Origin: Mytilus trossulus
Taxonomy: Eukaryota
NCBI RefSeq assembly: GCF_036588685.1
Contig: NC_086377.1
Coordinates: forward strand, 15,686,001 to 15,750,000
Direction: 5' to 3'
DNA: 64,000 nt
The position numbers were made by a program, and so were the translations under genes. This document shows, piece after piece, positions 41,201 to 52,017 of this stretch. The notes below the pieces were generated by a model. That model did not search any database. It was not told where the DNA came from and saw nothing but the letters and a program-made list of their open reading frames with translations. Numbering within the stretch: position 1 is the first letter of the stretch; every line of letters begins with the position of its first letter.

Positions 41201-44200
41201 GTTTATCCTTAAACCCCTAACTATAGATGGACTGGTTTATTATGAGCGAACCGGTTAAACTCCGCCCAGTCAAGTGAAATACATTGAGTAATATTCATAG
41301 TATATATAGGATATGAGTCTTACATGAAAACAATTTTTTTTAATGTTGGGTGCTTAAAAAAATAATCATTATGTATGAGTTGTTGATTATTTGATGTCAT
41401 CATTTCTCATCTTATATTGGTTACATGAGGTAATTAAACTGTCAAACCAACGGCAAACATGTATCGAATGCATTGTTAAGTAACGTCATTACTTTATAAG
41501 ACATTACCACAATTGTCAAATAAAGATTCGGAATATTGGACATTCGCCATGAATGAAATCATTAATTCCTTTGTTATCTTCATATACATATATATAATAA
41601 CAGATTTTCCATGATAGCAGTTCAATAATTTGTGAGACGGGGTGCGTTATTCCTGATAACTGAAGATACAACGCAGAGCTAAAAACGACAAAACAATTTT
41701 TGCACGATATTATATTTAAAATGTATATATAACATGTATAACGTTTCAAATAGCGTCCGCTTCGTATCTCCAGGATCCGTCACTGTTTGCTAAGAAATAA
41801 GTATCAATGCCTTTCATATTACATCTACATCAATTTATAAGAAGGCAATACACTTTTAGTATATTTGATTTAATCGATTTGATTTGTTCAGAGAGGAAAC
41901 ATCATAAGGAAGAATCATATTCAGCGAACTAAAAAGAATGTTCCAGGAGCAGATGTACGAGGAATTATGTTAGACGATCAGTATTCCAGTGCTTTGATTG
42001 AACAAAATGTGTTTCATGACGTAAGTTACTGTATTCAAGTTTTCCTGTTGATATAAACATCAAATATTGTTTTTTTTTATGCATAACGTTAATTGTACTA
42101 AAAAGTCAGATATATGTTTAATAGAACTGTCGTTGTTTTATTTCACCACCACAGCACGGCTAAACCACAGAAATACTTTCGAAAAATAAGCATGATTTTG
42201 TTTCTATCTTACTCATTAGGCTTCTGCTTAATAGTTTAAAAATGAACAATACAATGTAACTGAATTTAGTCGCAAAATAGTTAACGTCAACGAGAGACCC
42301 AAATTATGAACGCCATGACTGCGTTATTATAAATGATAGTCATTATATGCAGTGGTCACACCACTATATGCAGCCGTGACAGAATTATTTACATGAAGTG
42401 GTCATAACATCATATAATGTAACCACTGCAAAAAACGTTGTAACCTCTGCATATAATTATGTTGAGACCACTTTATATAATGCTATAACGGGTATATTAT
42501 GCCGTGACCACTGTATATAATGCTATAACGGGTATATTGTGCTGTGACCACTGCATATAATGCTATAACGGGTATATTATGTTGAGACCACTGTATATAA
42601 TGCTATAACGGGAAAATTATACTGTGGCCACTATATATAATGCTATTACGGGTATATTATGCTGTGACCACTGTATATAATGATGATCATCAACATAAGG
42701 CAGACGTGGCGTTCCATACAAAATGACAACACAATAAAGCGTACATTTCCAAATATTCATTCTGTAGCTCAATGGGGCAGTTATTCAAATATGAAAAAAA
42801 AGATGTGGTATGATTGCCAATGAGACAACTCTTCACATGAGACGAAATGACACAGTTTTCATAGGAGAGAACGGTGAAAAAAACGCTTGATGTTAACGTC
42901 ATGTATACACAACAATTTAAAATCTAAATAATTCTAATAGTTGAACCAAACAAGCTATAATACTATAGAATTTAAAATGCTATTAGATGCAAATCATTTC
43001 AAAGTTATATCTGAAGTCGATGATAAGTTAATATTTAGTCTACTACGTCATCAAGTTTAACTTGTGTTATTAGAACAAGTCGATAAGTTGATATTTAGTG
43101 TACTACGTCATCAAGTTTAACTTGTGTTATTAGAACAAGTCGATAAGTTGATATTTAGTGTACTACGTCATCAAATTTAACCTGTGTTATTAGAACAAGT
43201 CGATAAGTTGATATTTAGTGTACTACGTCATCAAGTTTAACTTGTGTTATTAGAACAATGCACATATAATCATTGGTGGAGGAAGAGATAACATAGTTAG
43301 ACAGAACATATTCAACAAAGATGTGCGATACTCAATTAAAGTGGACGCCAGAGGGGCTGACGGGAAATCTAATACAAAGACACTGCTGGAAAAACTAGAG
43401 GTAAGTTAGATGAGTCGATGGGACAGCTATACAAAGGCAATGCTGGAAAAACTAGAGGTAAGTTATATGAGCCGATGGGACAGATCTACAAAGGCAATGC
43501 CGGAAAAACTAGAGGTAAGTTAGGTGAGCCGATGGGACAGCTTCTACAAAGGCAATGCCGGAAAAAACTAGAAGTAAGTTAGATCAGCCGATGGGACAGA
43601 TCTACAAAGGCAATGCTGGAAAAAAAAACTAGAGGTAAGTTCGATGAGCCGATGGGACAGGTTCTACAAAGGCAATGCTGGAACAACTAGAGGTAAGTTA
43701 GATGAGCCGATGGGACAGGTTCTACAAAGACAATGCTGGAACAACTAGAGGTTAGTTGGATGAGCCGATGGGACAGCTTCTTCAAAGGCAATGCTGGAAC
43801 AACTAGAGGTACGTTAGATGAGCCGATGGGACAGCTTCAACAAAAATAATGCTGGAAAACTAGAGGTAGGTTAGATGAGCCGATGGGGCAGCTTCTACAA
43901 AGGCAATGCTGGAAAACTAGAAATAGGTTAGATGAGCCGATGGGACAGCTTCTACAAAGACAATGCTGGGAAAACTAGAGGTAAATTAGATAAGCCGATG
44001 GGACAGCTTCTACAAAGGCAATGCTGGAAAAACTAGAGGTAGGCAAAAGCAGCAGGTAGGACAGATTTAACAAAAGAAATTTTGAGGTAAGCTAGAGGAG
44101 CTGATTAGATAAGGTTTTACTAATGTAAGACTGGAAAGAGAAGAGGGAAGGCTGAAAAGGAAGGTTTTTCTAATGTAAGACTGGAAACAGAAGAGGTAAG

Positions 44201-47200
44201 GCTGAGAAGAAGATGAAAAAGGTTCTACAAAAAGTAATGCTGACAAATTAAAATGAGAGGTATACCATAAATGCAGATGGGAAAACTTATAGCAAATCTA
44301 AAGTAGAAAAATGAGAGATGTAAGCTAGAGGAACTGATGGGAAAGGTTTTACTGAAGTAATGCTGGAAAGATAAGAGATAAGATAGAGGAGCAGACATAA
44401 AAGGTTTTACAAAAGTAATGTCGGAACAGGTAGAGCTATGTTTGAGGAGCAGACAAACATTTGGGAAAGGTTTTACTAACGGAATGCTGGAAAGATAAGA
44501 GTTAAGATAGGTGAGCCGATAGGAAAGATTTTTAATTCTAGAAGGTTAGAGGTATGTCACCGGATCATATGGGAAAGGTTTTACTAACGGAATGCTGGAA
44601 AGATAAGAGTTAAGCTGGGTGAACCGATGGGAAAGGTTTTTAATGTTAGAGGTATTTCAGCGGTTCATATGGGAAATGTTTTTGAAAAGTAATATTAAAA
44701 AGATTATAGGTAAGTTAGAAGAGCAGTCGAGAAGGTTTGAAAATTGTAAAGCTAAAAGGTAAGAGGTATGTCAGCGGAGCAGAATGGAAAATCCTTACAA
44801 ATGTTATGCTAGAAACGTAATCCTTGTGGAGGTATAGTGCTTCAAGAAAAAATACCATTGAACTTGGAATCTTAAATATTAACTGATATGATATTCAAGT
44901 TAAGAGACTCCCGTATCAGACTAAACAATCTTCCAAAAGACCGATATGTGTTATTGGAAAATGTCATTGTTTTTACCAGAACCGATACCGGCGCATTTTT
45001 CGAACAGATGACTGTGTCGAGGAACACAGGCAATTACGAAACTGTATAGTGAAAGTAATAGTTACTGTAATAAAAGTGGCATGTTGTAATATATTGTTTC
45101 AATATATTCAACCTCGTCTTCCGTATCAGATCGCGTCGGTGGTGTGGTTGTAACTCATACACTGGTCAATGTTTCATTGACACAAATTGTTCAAACAGAG
45201 TTTATGTAGAACGGCTGAATTCCACACTACATAAGTTTTACGATTTTCATTTCGAAACGATTAACGACGCGATATGTAGACCTGTGAATTGATTTCCTAC
45301 CGACATGTTTAAACGGTCTTATGTTTTATATAGTTATATTATTGTCGTCTTGCCTATGAATGTATCGAATGTGTGTTTATTTGCACCTTTAGGGTCATCT
45401 GGTCTTCCTGCTTTTGAAATAAATGCGATTCGAGATTTGAAAATCATTGATTTGAAAATTAATAAACTACTGTTGCTCTTACGGTCCATAATGTCATTTA
45501 TTGAAATGTAAGAAATCAAGCGGTATTTGTTTTGACGTTTACTTTTCAAACGAGACAAGACTATGGCTCACAACGGCCCATAGGAAAAATATGATTTTTA
45601 GAAATAATTCTTTGCACTTTCTGTAACAAGCGTCACAAATACTCCACAAATTAAATTAGGGGCTAAATATACGAGAACATTAGCTGTGTCAGCTGTAGAA
45701 AAAAGCAATGCTACCATGGATATTTATAAATAATAATGTGATATGATTTTTAATCATTTCAGAAAATTCCATATAAAGATAAACTATGGGCAAATAAATA
45801 TCCTAAGCTTGCTAAAATCATGGATGGAAATAACCCAGGAAATCCTGTTGGTGAGTAATTATCATGATAGGGGGGTTGGGGTTAACCTTGATATCAGTAT
45901 AAATAAGTTTTAGCAGGGGCAATGTATGTATGTACTTCGAGATTCCGCCAATTGAGACGCACTCCTTGATTTACGGATCCAAGTACACTCCCTAAGGATT
46001 AATGGAGATGTGTTCTTTACAATATAATCCCACCACCAGAACAATCCCCTCACAACACAAAGGGAGCGTGTAGGACACTGGGAGACTGTTATTATGGGGG
46101 AGGAAGACGAAGTACTCGGATTGAACCAATGGGCTTATCGGCAATGGCCATAGTAGTATTGTTATATTTGAGCGGGTTTGTGTTGCTAAGTTTTTCGTTT
46201 TTTATGTTGTATCTTGTGTACTATTATTTGTCTGTTTATGTTTTTCTTTATTAGCCACTGCGTTGTCAGTTTATTTTCAATCTATGCTATCTATCGCCCC
46301 TCTTTTATAAAAAGTGTAACTTACTCCATTGTTTTCAGAACTATAACTTTTAAATGTTTGTTTTATAATACTTTCCACTTCTTTGGTAATGATGGTTCAT
46401 TTTAACTGTTTGATTGTAGCACCACTGATGCAAACCTGTAGTAATTCGTTTTACCTAATTTCTATATTTCGTTTGAACAATCACATAATCATGCAACTAT
46501 GAAGTATATTATTTACACTTAAAAAGCATCTTTATGGTCACAGGCCGAATATGCCAAGAGTTTTAAATTCTGTTTCTAATATCCTCTCGGTAGACATTGT
46601 CTTTAAGTATTACTCATTCGATAAAAAATATCCTTGTAAAGCAATTTTTTTTAGTAGTGACTGCAAATGATATATTGAAACTGAACAATTTTAACGTCGA
46701 CGTTTAGAAATATAAATACACAATTTATTGTTGGTTTTGTTTTTTTTACCAAATTTGTCATCGTGTTCCTGTGTTATTGAATGTTATAACGCCTCTCACA
46801 CACACATGCGAATGAATTAGAACAATAGCAAAATGCGACAATTTAATAGCGTCTAATATTACATTGCATTCCAGCTTAACATAGTCACATTTTGATATCA
46901 GACACCTTCGTTCATTGTTTATAAAAATATAATCATTATAAATATATTTTGTAGGTAATGTAATCGAAGGAAACATATTCTGCTCTATAAAACACCGTAT
47001 TGATGGTAATAAATTTGTCACTGAATGGTTCAAGGTCGATGGTAACAAAAACGTGAGAAAAATAAAATATTTTAAAATCAAAATTACACATTATTATTTT
47101 GTAGGTCTGGAAAACTTTTCCGGATTAGGCATCACCTAAACATGCAAATCTTGCCACCGAGCACTTACAGAGATCTGACAACTCCCCGTCCTATTTTCAA

Positions 47201-50200
47201 TTTATGTTTACTATTATATGAACCAAATGAAGTGATTTTTCCCCGAATTTGTGAATGTTTGTATCATCACACCAAACAAACGATCCCGAATAATTGTTCA
47301 AAAAGCAAGTAGAATGGCTCGTTTTCTGATCTCTGAAAGCGAGACTTGGACAAAGGACTAGCATGTTAAAGTAAAATTATGGAAACGCCTGACACAAATT
47401 TCTAAAGGCAAAGATATAAAAATACTTGAATACCCAAAAAATAACATACATTTCAAACCAATGTTTATTTCATTGAAATACTTATATGATTTGCATATGA
47501 TGGAATAAGTTTATATAATTAGTTATCAAAAGTACCAGTAATACACCTCATCGCTATTTATTCCATTCTGGATAAGTTCTAAATTTACACAACTTTTTCA
47601 TCCAGTTGAAGCTATCTGGGACCCTGTTTATAAACAATTCATAATGCATGATACCTTTTAATGAGACCTGTTTAAACTACCGTAAATACTTCAAACAAAA
47701 TATTTGTTTACTTCAGTTTTAATTTCGAAAAAAGTGGATCATACTATATCAAAGTTTCTTGATGATCACTTTCTAAAGTTTTTTCTCCCTCAGCTCACTA
47801 CTGATGACCTCCATTTTTCGGCCGGTGACCCAAACAGGAAGTTGTATCAATGACTGTTTTTCCAGGAATAGACTAAATAGCGATAAGGTGTATAGGTCGA
47901 GTGGTTCTCGTCGATATTTCTTTTTCGATTGACGACGTTGAGAGAACTACCTTTTGCCACCAATGTAAACAAGATGACGGCGACGTTCAAAATATTTATT
48001 TTCAATTTAAGTTCCTTAAATCAATTGATATACACAAACCATTTATCTAAATGATAAAACGATATTGTTAATGTTTATATATTTTTTTATATCATATAAT
48101 ATTCAATTCCATGGAGTACCATTTCTTTGCCCTAACGAAACACATTCATGCACAAAACCGTTTCAGTTACGAAAATACACGTGTGATATAGATTATGAGT
48201 GGGTAAATTGAATTCCTTTTCTTAAAGTTCAAAGAATTCTAGAGATTAAACGCCTTTATCAAACAAATTATGGATGTATAAACTGGACCTAAGCAATCAT
48301 ACACATATGATAACAGTCCTTTAGATAGCTTTATCTTATATATATGGAACGGTGAATGTTTTATCCTATATCTATGGAACGGTGAATGTTTTATCCTATA
48401 TCTATGGAACGGTGAATGTTTTATCCTTTATCCATGGAACGGTGAATGTTTTATCCTTTATCCATGGAACGGTGAATGTTTTATCCTTTATCCATGGCAC
48501 GATGAATGTTTTATCCTTTATCCATTGCACGATGAATGTTTTATCCTATATCTATGGAACGATGAATGTTTTATCCTTTATCCATGGCACGATGAATGTT
48601 TTATCCTTTATTCATGGCACGATGAATGTTTTATCCTTTATCCATGGCACGATGAATGTTTTATCCTTTATACATGGAATGATGAATGTTTTATCCTTTA
48701 TCCATGGCACGATGATTGTTTTATCCTTTATCCATGGCACGATGAATGTTTTATCCTTTATCCATGGAATGATGAATGTTTTATCCTTTATCCATGGAAC
48801 GGTGAATGTTTTATCCTTTATCCATGGCACGATGAATGTTAAATGTATCATGGCATGATGCCATAACGCCAATGCTTAAAGCTTACGTAATAAAACAAGA
48901 ATTGTAGTATTTGTATAGAATTTACATACATATATAACATATTTTTGGTGTTCCAAACAGTTTTCTTGATTTACTTTCAACAAGAACGTAGAAAGCCGAG
49001 TATTTGTAAACAAGGAATGGGAAAGAACCTAAACGAGTGAAATACTTTATAACTAGAATTGGACTAACAAATAATAGGGTATTCCATTTATGAGATTTTG
49101 TATTGTTGTTCATTGAACGTTTCTTTTTAATTCTAATTGTAATTTACAAAAATAACAAACAAAAAACACTTTTATAGAAAAATAAGTATATCTACACATG
49201 ATTCGCGAATTGTCTTTTGATGAAATCAATAACGTTTAATGATCATTTAACAGTAGTGTAATAGTTTCTGCCCTATGATGTGACATAAAGAATCTGTATG
49301 AGTTAACATCATCTTATTAACGAAAAAGATTTTCTTTTTTTAAAGGTTACCAGCGACAACAACTTTTATGCACCTACCTACGGAGATTTTGATCCGAGAT
49401 GTGACCTGAACGATTACGCCTGGGACACAAAGTTTCCTCATCCGGTTTTACCAAATGAAGCAAAACCAAGATATCACGTTGGGCCTGCTGCAATATGTAT
49501 GTATATTTGCCGAGGTGCTGTCAGTTTTCTTTTAACTTTGAGTTTGAATATCCCCACAGGTATCTTTTGCCCTTTGTTCTCTTATATGGTTTGGTATAAC
49601 TCGGTTACCATTTTGCTATGCATACCTGCCAACTTTTCAAAATGCCTACGGGGGTTTGCGTGCAAGATGACTGTCATAGTCTTAAAAAACCGTCAAGGGG
49701 GCCTCCAAATACATTTTAATGTTGTTTTTTGGCTTCTTCATACCTTTATAAGCCTCATGTCATTGTGAAATTAATTGGTTTGTTTAAATTGTGGACAGAA
49801 TTGCTCTTTCAAAATTTCAATTTGGGAGCCTCCATGGGGGAAATCCCCCGCAAATAGTGACAGTTGGCAGGTTTGGCTATGATTTTCTTATATGCTATGC
49901 CCTACCATGAACTAGACATTTGATGTTTAAAGGAGATGTCTGAAGCATTAAGAAATATCTATCTTCATTCGACACAGTGCAGTTGATGCCATTTACTCGT
50001 ATATCTATGCATGCAATAGTTGATTTTTTGATCAGCTCTGTAAAAGTCCATAATGAAACTAGTTCACCACTTGTGTTGTTTTATGTATATTTTGGTCGCT
50101 TTCTTATTGACTTGTAACTCCACTTCTAAGTTCTTTTGTTTTATATTTAAAAAAAAAAATGCAACCGACAGACTCATCAATGATAACACAAAATGTTCGT

Positions 50201-52017
50201 TTTACTCACACAGAGACCCACGTTATTTATTATTTTCTCTTACGCAGTGAACTACCAAAATATTTAAACAATTGTGTGCAAATGACAATTTATTTCCAAG
50301 CCATTTGTATAGTTAAAAACTTATAAGAGCATGACTTAATTTTGATTTTAGAGAAAAAAAGCTATCAGTGGTAAAAAACTGATTGCATCCTCGGATATGC
50401 AAGGTTAAACATTCCCGCTGAAGATAAATTGTCCTGTGCTGTCTTTGATAAAACACCTTGAAAAATTAGAATTCACAGGCGTGAAATAAATACAAACTTA
50501 TTGTAAAATGTACTGAAAAAGAATAATAACAAAAAAAATCCAGAATTTTATATAAATCATCATTATTTTGAGAGGGGTTTCCAGAAGAACTATGAAGTAT
50601 CTTATACAGGACAGTCGCGCAATCTGTATCACCTATTAAGGACGCTATTCATTTTATTTTGTAAGTAGGGAAATTTCTGCGAGATTAAATATCGCTATAT
50701 AGCTATAAAAAAAATTCCCTCACAAACAATTTGATCTCAAAATTAACATCAGTAACACGAAAAGTACAAAAATTAAACCTAGCAACATGCTTAGTTCCTA
50801 TCTATAGAAATCATAAAATAAAAACTCCGCAAAAATGTGGAATATAACGTCATTTAAACTATTATGGTACCTGTATATTTCAGCTGAAGAACCACTGCCA
50901 CTAGGTTATAAGACAGGAAATGAACCTGCACCTAAACCTTGTGAAGGAAAACGAACAATAGACTCGTTCAATGATAATAACCTGTATAAAACTTTAGGAG
51001 AACTTCTAGATGAGGGTAAGCACAGTTGGTTTAACTAAGTAAATTAGTAATGTTACAACCAGCACAGAGATAATCTGGACTGTCAATGTGGTCTTCACAC
51101 AACGTATGTATTACTTAATGTAACAATTAGAAAAAGAAAAAAAAACAACAGGAAAATTAAGAAATAAAGAAATAAAGTATTTATTTCGTCAACAATCACA
51201 TTCATAAGTTTTAAAATTTACATACAGTCACTGTGTACAAATCCTAGTTCTGACGACCTAACATAAAGTGGTTCACAAAACTACAGAGAGATAACTCTCT
51301 AAAAACCAGAAGAACGTTTTACAAGTTTCTATTATTTAGGAAATAGCTTCTTAACATCAAACATAGTGTTTGTCCAACTGCTATGTTAACATTGAACTGT
51401 TTCCGGTTTATTGAATTTTTCATATATTTTATAAAGACAATTATGAAAATTAAACAAGTAAATATGGTATTATCACTAAACTCGTCAAATAATTCGTTAT
51501 ACGAGTTGTAACAATGATACAAATATGTTCCACATTCATGACTCATTTTACGTTAAAGTCTGATTTCCTTAAAATTGTGATAATTATAGGGAAACACTTA
51601 AAAGTAACACACATTTAACGATTAGTCATCCCGAAATTGGCGATTGAATTATAATAGGAGTTATTGCCCTTAAGTGATAATAATAATTCATGTTTAGAGT
51701 TGATTTATTTGAGACAGAACATGCACGTGATATGGATTAAACTTATTCACAATCTCACTGAGAGTATGAAAGATTGAAGTCGATCATTGTTGTAAATGAT
51801 GTTACGTATATAGTTATCAAAGGTATCAGGATTATAATTTTAAACGTCAGTCGCGCGTTTCGTCTACATAAGACTCATCAGTGACGCTCAGATCAAAATA
51901 GTTGTGAAGCCAAATAAGTATAAAATAGATTATAATGCACATACTGGTAAGTAATTTCCTCTTATGGAAGTCTTTAAGTTTCTTAACACGATATCTTATG
52001 TTTCAGATTGGTATTAG
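26230..52017 (+). CDS. Secreted right-handed parallel beta-helix (pectin-lyase-like fold) protein, 739 aa, 20 coding exons
   Basis: Exons 26230-26360, 27614-27690, 28628-28761, 29217-29297, 30595-30735, 31452-31561, 32291-32391, 33444-33538, 34446-34558, 35169-35293, 35999-36085, 38790-38962, 40911-41006, 41892-42020, 43254-43400, 45763-45850, 46955-47052, 49346-49496, 50884-51015, 52007-52017. All introns are GT-AG with compatible phases and the 2220-nt frame is open. Motifs: IYVSPCGSDKNEGT..PMKTIEHA, LTLARYPN, VHGFWFWSWAD, NVLSELDQPGEFYVD, GNDHIFEYN, DCGALMSGRDWTWRGNIIRKN, GIMLDD, IGGGRDNIVRQN. AATAAA at ~52203. Confidence 0.88.
28057..28175. repeat. 17-18-bp minisatellite
   Basis: TACCAAAA(A)CACTACAAA, about 6 copies. 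Confidence 0.85.
29238..30084 (+). repeat. ~64-bp tandem repeat made of the exon-4 3' end plus its splice donor (6 copies, one interrupted by the retrozyme)
   Basis: TGGAACAAGTTTAAACCAGTT...GCAC...GGTAAG repeated; the first copy is the true exon end. Confidence 0.85.
29419..29878 (+). mobile_element. Retrozyme-like unit: two hammerhead motifs in direct repeats, 368 nt apart
   Basis: ~87-bp direct repeats at 29420-29506 and 29788-29878, each with CTG(A/C)TGA-GTCT..AGAC-GAAA-CGCGC-GTT-TGGCGT. Inserted into a minisatellite unit with TTGCA on both sides. Confidence 0.85.
31974..32019 (-). ncRNA. Type I hammerhead ribozyme motif
   Basis: Reverse complement GAGCGTCACTGATGAGTCTTTTGTAGACGAAACACGCGTCTGGCGT; core intact. 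Confidence 0.85.
32479..32592. repeat. ~31-bp minisatellite (3-4 copies)
   Basis: TTGCCGAAACCCTATTGTTACCTGTATCA repeats. Confidence 0.8.
32803..33203 (+). mobile_element. Hairpin element (32803-32951) with CGAG/CGAG bubbles plus a GACGT-rich tail
   Basis: Inverted arms AGAATAACCATACATTGTCTCGAAATATCAAT / ATTGATATTTCGAGACAATGTATGGTTATTCT. The tail is bounded by TTATATGCTGCA / TGCAGTATATAA. Confidence 0.75.
33673..33930 (+). mobile_element. Degenerate hairpin-plus-tail element
   Basis: Arms TAATATTTTTTTCTGTCTAT / ATAGACAGAAAAAAATATTA (33673-33769), followed by a tail with TGACGT and CCAATCAG motifs. Confidence 0.6.
34599..34767. mobile_element. MITE, same family as 7623-7936
   Basis: CAGAGGCAGATTT...GAATCCGCCACTG; flanks ATTTT/CTTTT (4 of 5 match). 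Confidence 0.75.
35278..35418 (+). repeat. ~27-bp tandem repeat of the exon-10 3' end plus donor (~5 copies)
   Basis: AGAATTCAAAACATAG|GTAAATATTT repeated. Confidence 0.8.
35543..35848 (+). mobile_element. HINE-like element with (TCCG/TTCG)n microsatellite
   Basis: T-run start, CGTCCGTCCGTTCGTT tract, GGGGCATCCGT...CACATTCTTGTTTT end. A related copy lies at ~38990-39250. Confidence 0.65.
37163..38120. mobile_element. PIF/Harbinger-like non-autonomous transposon
   Basis: TIR AGCCTCGGTCACAC / GTGTGACCGAGGCT extending ~45 bp, TAA TSD on both sides, dense TCCGTT/AACGGA subrepeats. Confidence 0.85.
40298..40684. repeat. 26-bp minisatellite (~15 copies)
   Basis: Unit ACATGAAAAATATCGTGATTTTTATT. 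Confidence 0.9.
42445..42682. repeat. 40-bp minisatellite (~6 copies)
   Basis: Unit TATAATGCTATAACGGGTATATTATGCTGTGACCACTGTA. Confidence 0.85.
43017..43258 (+). repeat. 60-bp tandem repeat containing the exon-15 splice acceptor (4 copies)
   Basis: Near-identical units ending TGTGTTATTAG|AACAA; the last copy is the true acceptor. Confidence 0.9.
43352..44800 (+). repeat. ~57-bp tandem repeat of the exon-15 3' end plus donor (~12 well-conserved copies, then decaying copies)
   Basis: TACAAAGGCAATGCTGGAAAAACTAGAG|GTAAGTTAGATGAGCCGATGGGACAG versus exon TACAAAGACACTGCTGGAAAAACTAGAG|GTAAGT. Confidence 0.9.
47544..47890. mobile_element. Tc1/mariner-like MITE
   Basis: TIR CACCTCATCGCTATTTA..TGGA / TCCA..TAAATAGCGATAAGGTG with TA on both flanks. 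Confidence 0.7.
48330..48842. repeat. 30-bp minisatellite (~17 copies)
   Basis: Unit TTATCCTTTATCCATGGCACGATGAATGTT; accounts for the three repetitive ORFs in the track. Confidence 0.92.
49621..49875. mobile_element. MITE with 6-bp TSD (hAT6-like)
   Basis: TIR CATACCTGCCAACT / AGTTGGCAGGTTTG, flanked by GCTATG on both sides. Confidence 0.8.
51844..51889 (-). ncRNA. Hammerhead ribozyme motif with altered cleavage triplet (GAC)
   Basis: Reverse complement GAGCGTCACTGATGAGTCTTATGTAGACGAAACGCGCGACTGACGT. Confidence 0.7.

Noticed and set aside
43352-44800. CRISPR-like appearance of regular repeats (also at 13631 and 40298)
   Set aside because: Head-to-tail units without unique spacers, no cas genes, eukaryotic context.
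48352-48872. Repetitive ORFs (MNVLSFIHGT)n and related frames
   Set aside because: A 30-bp intronic minisatellite with no splice or domain support.
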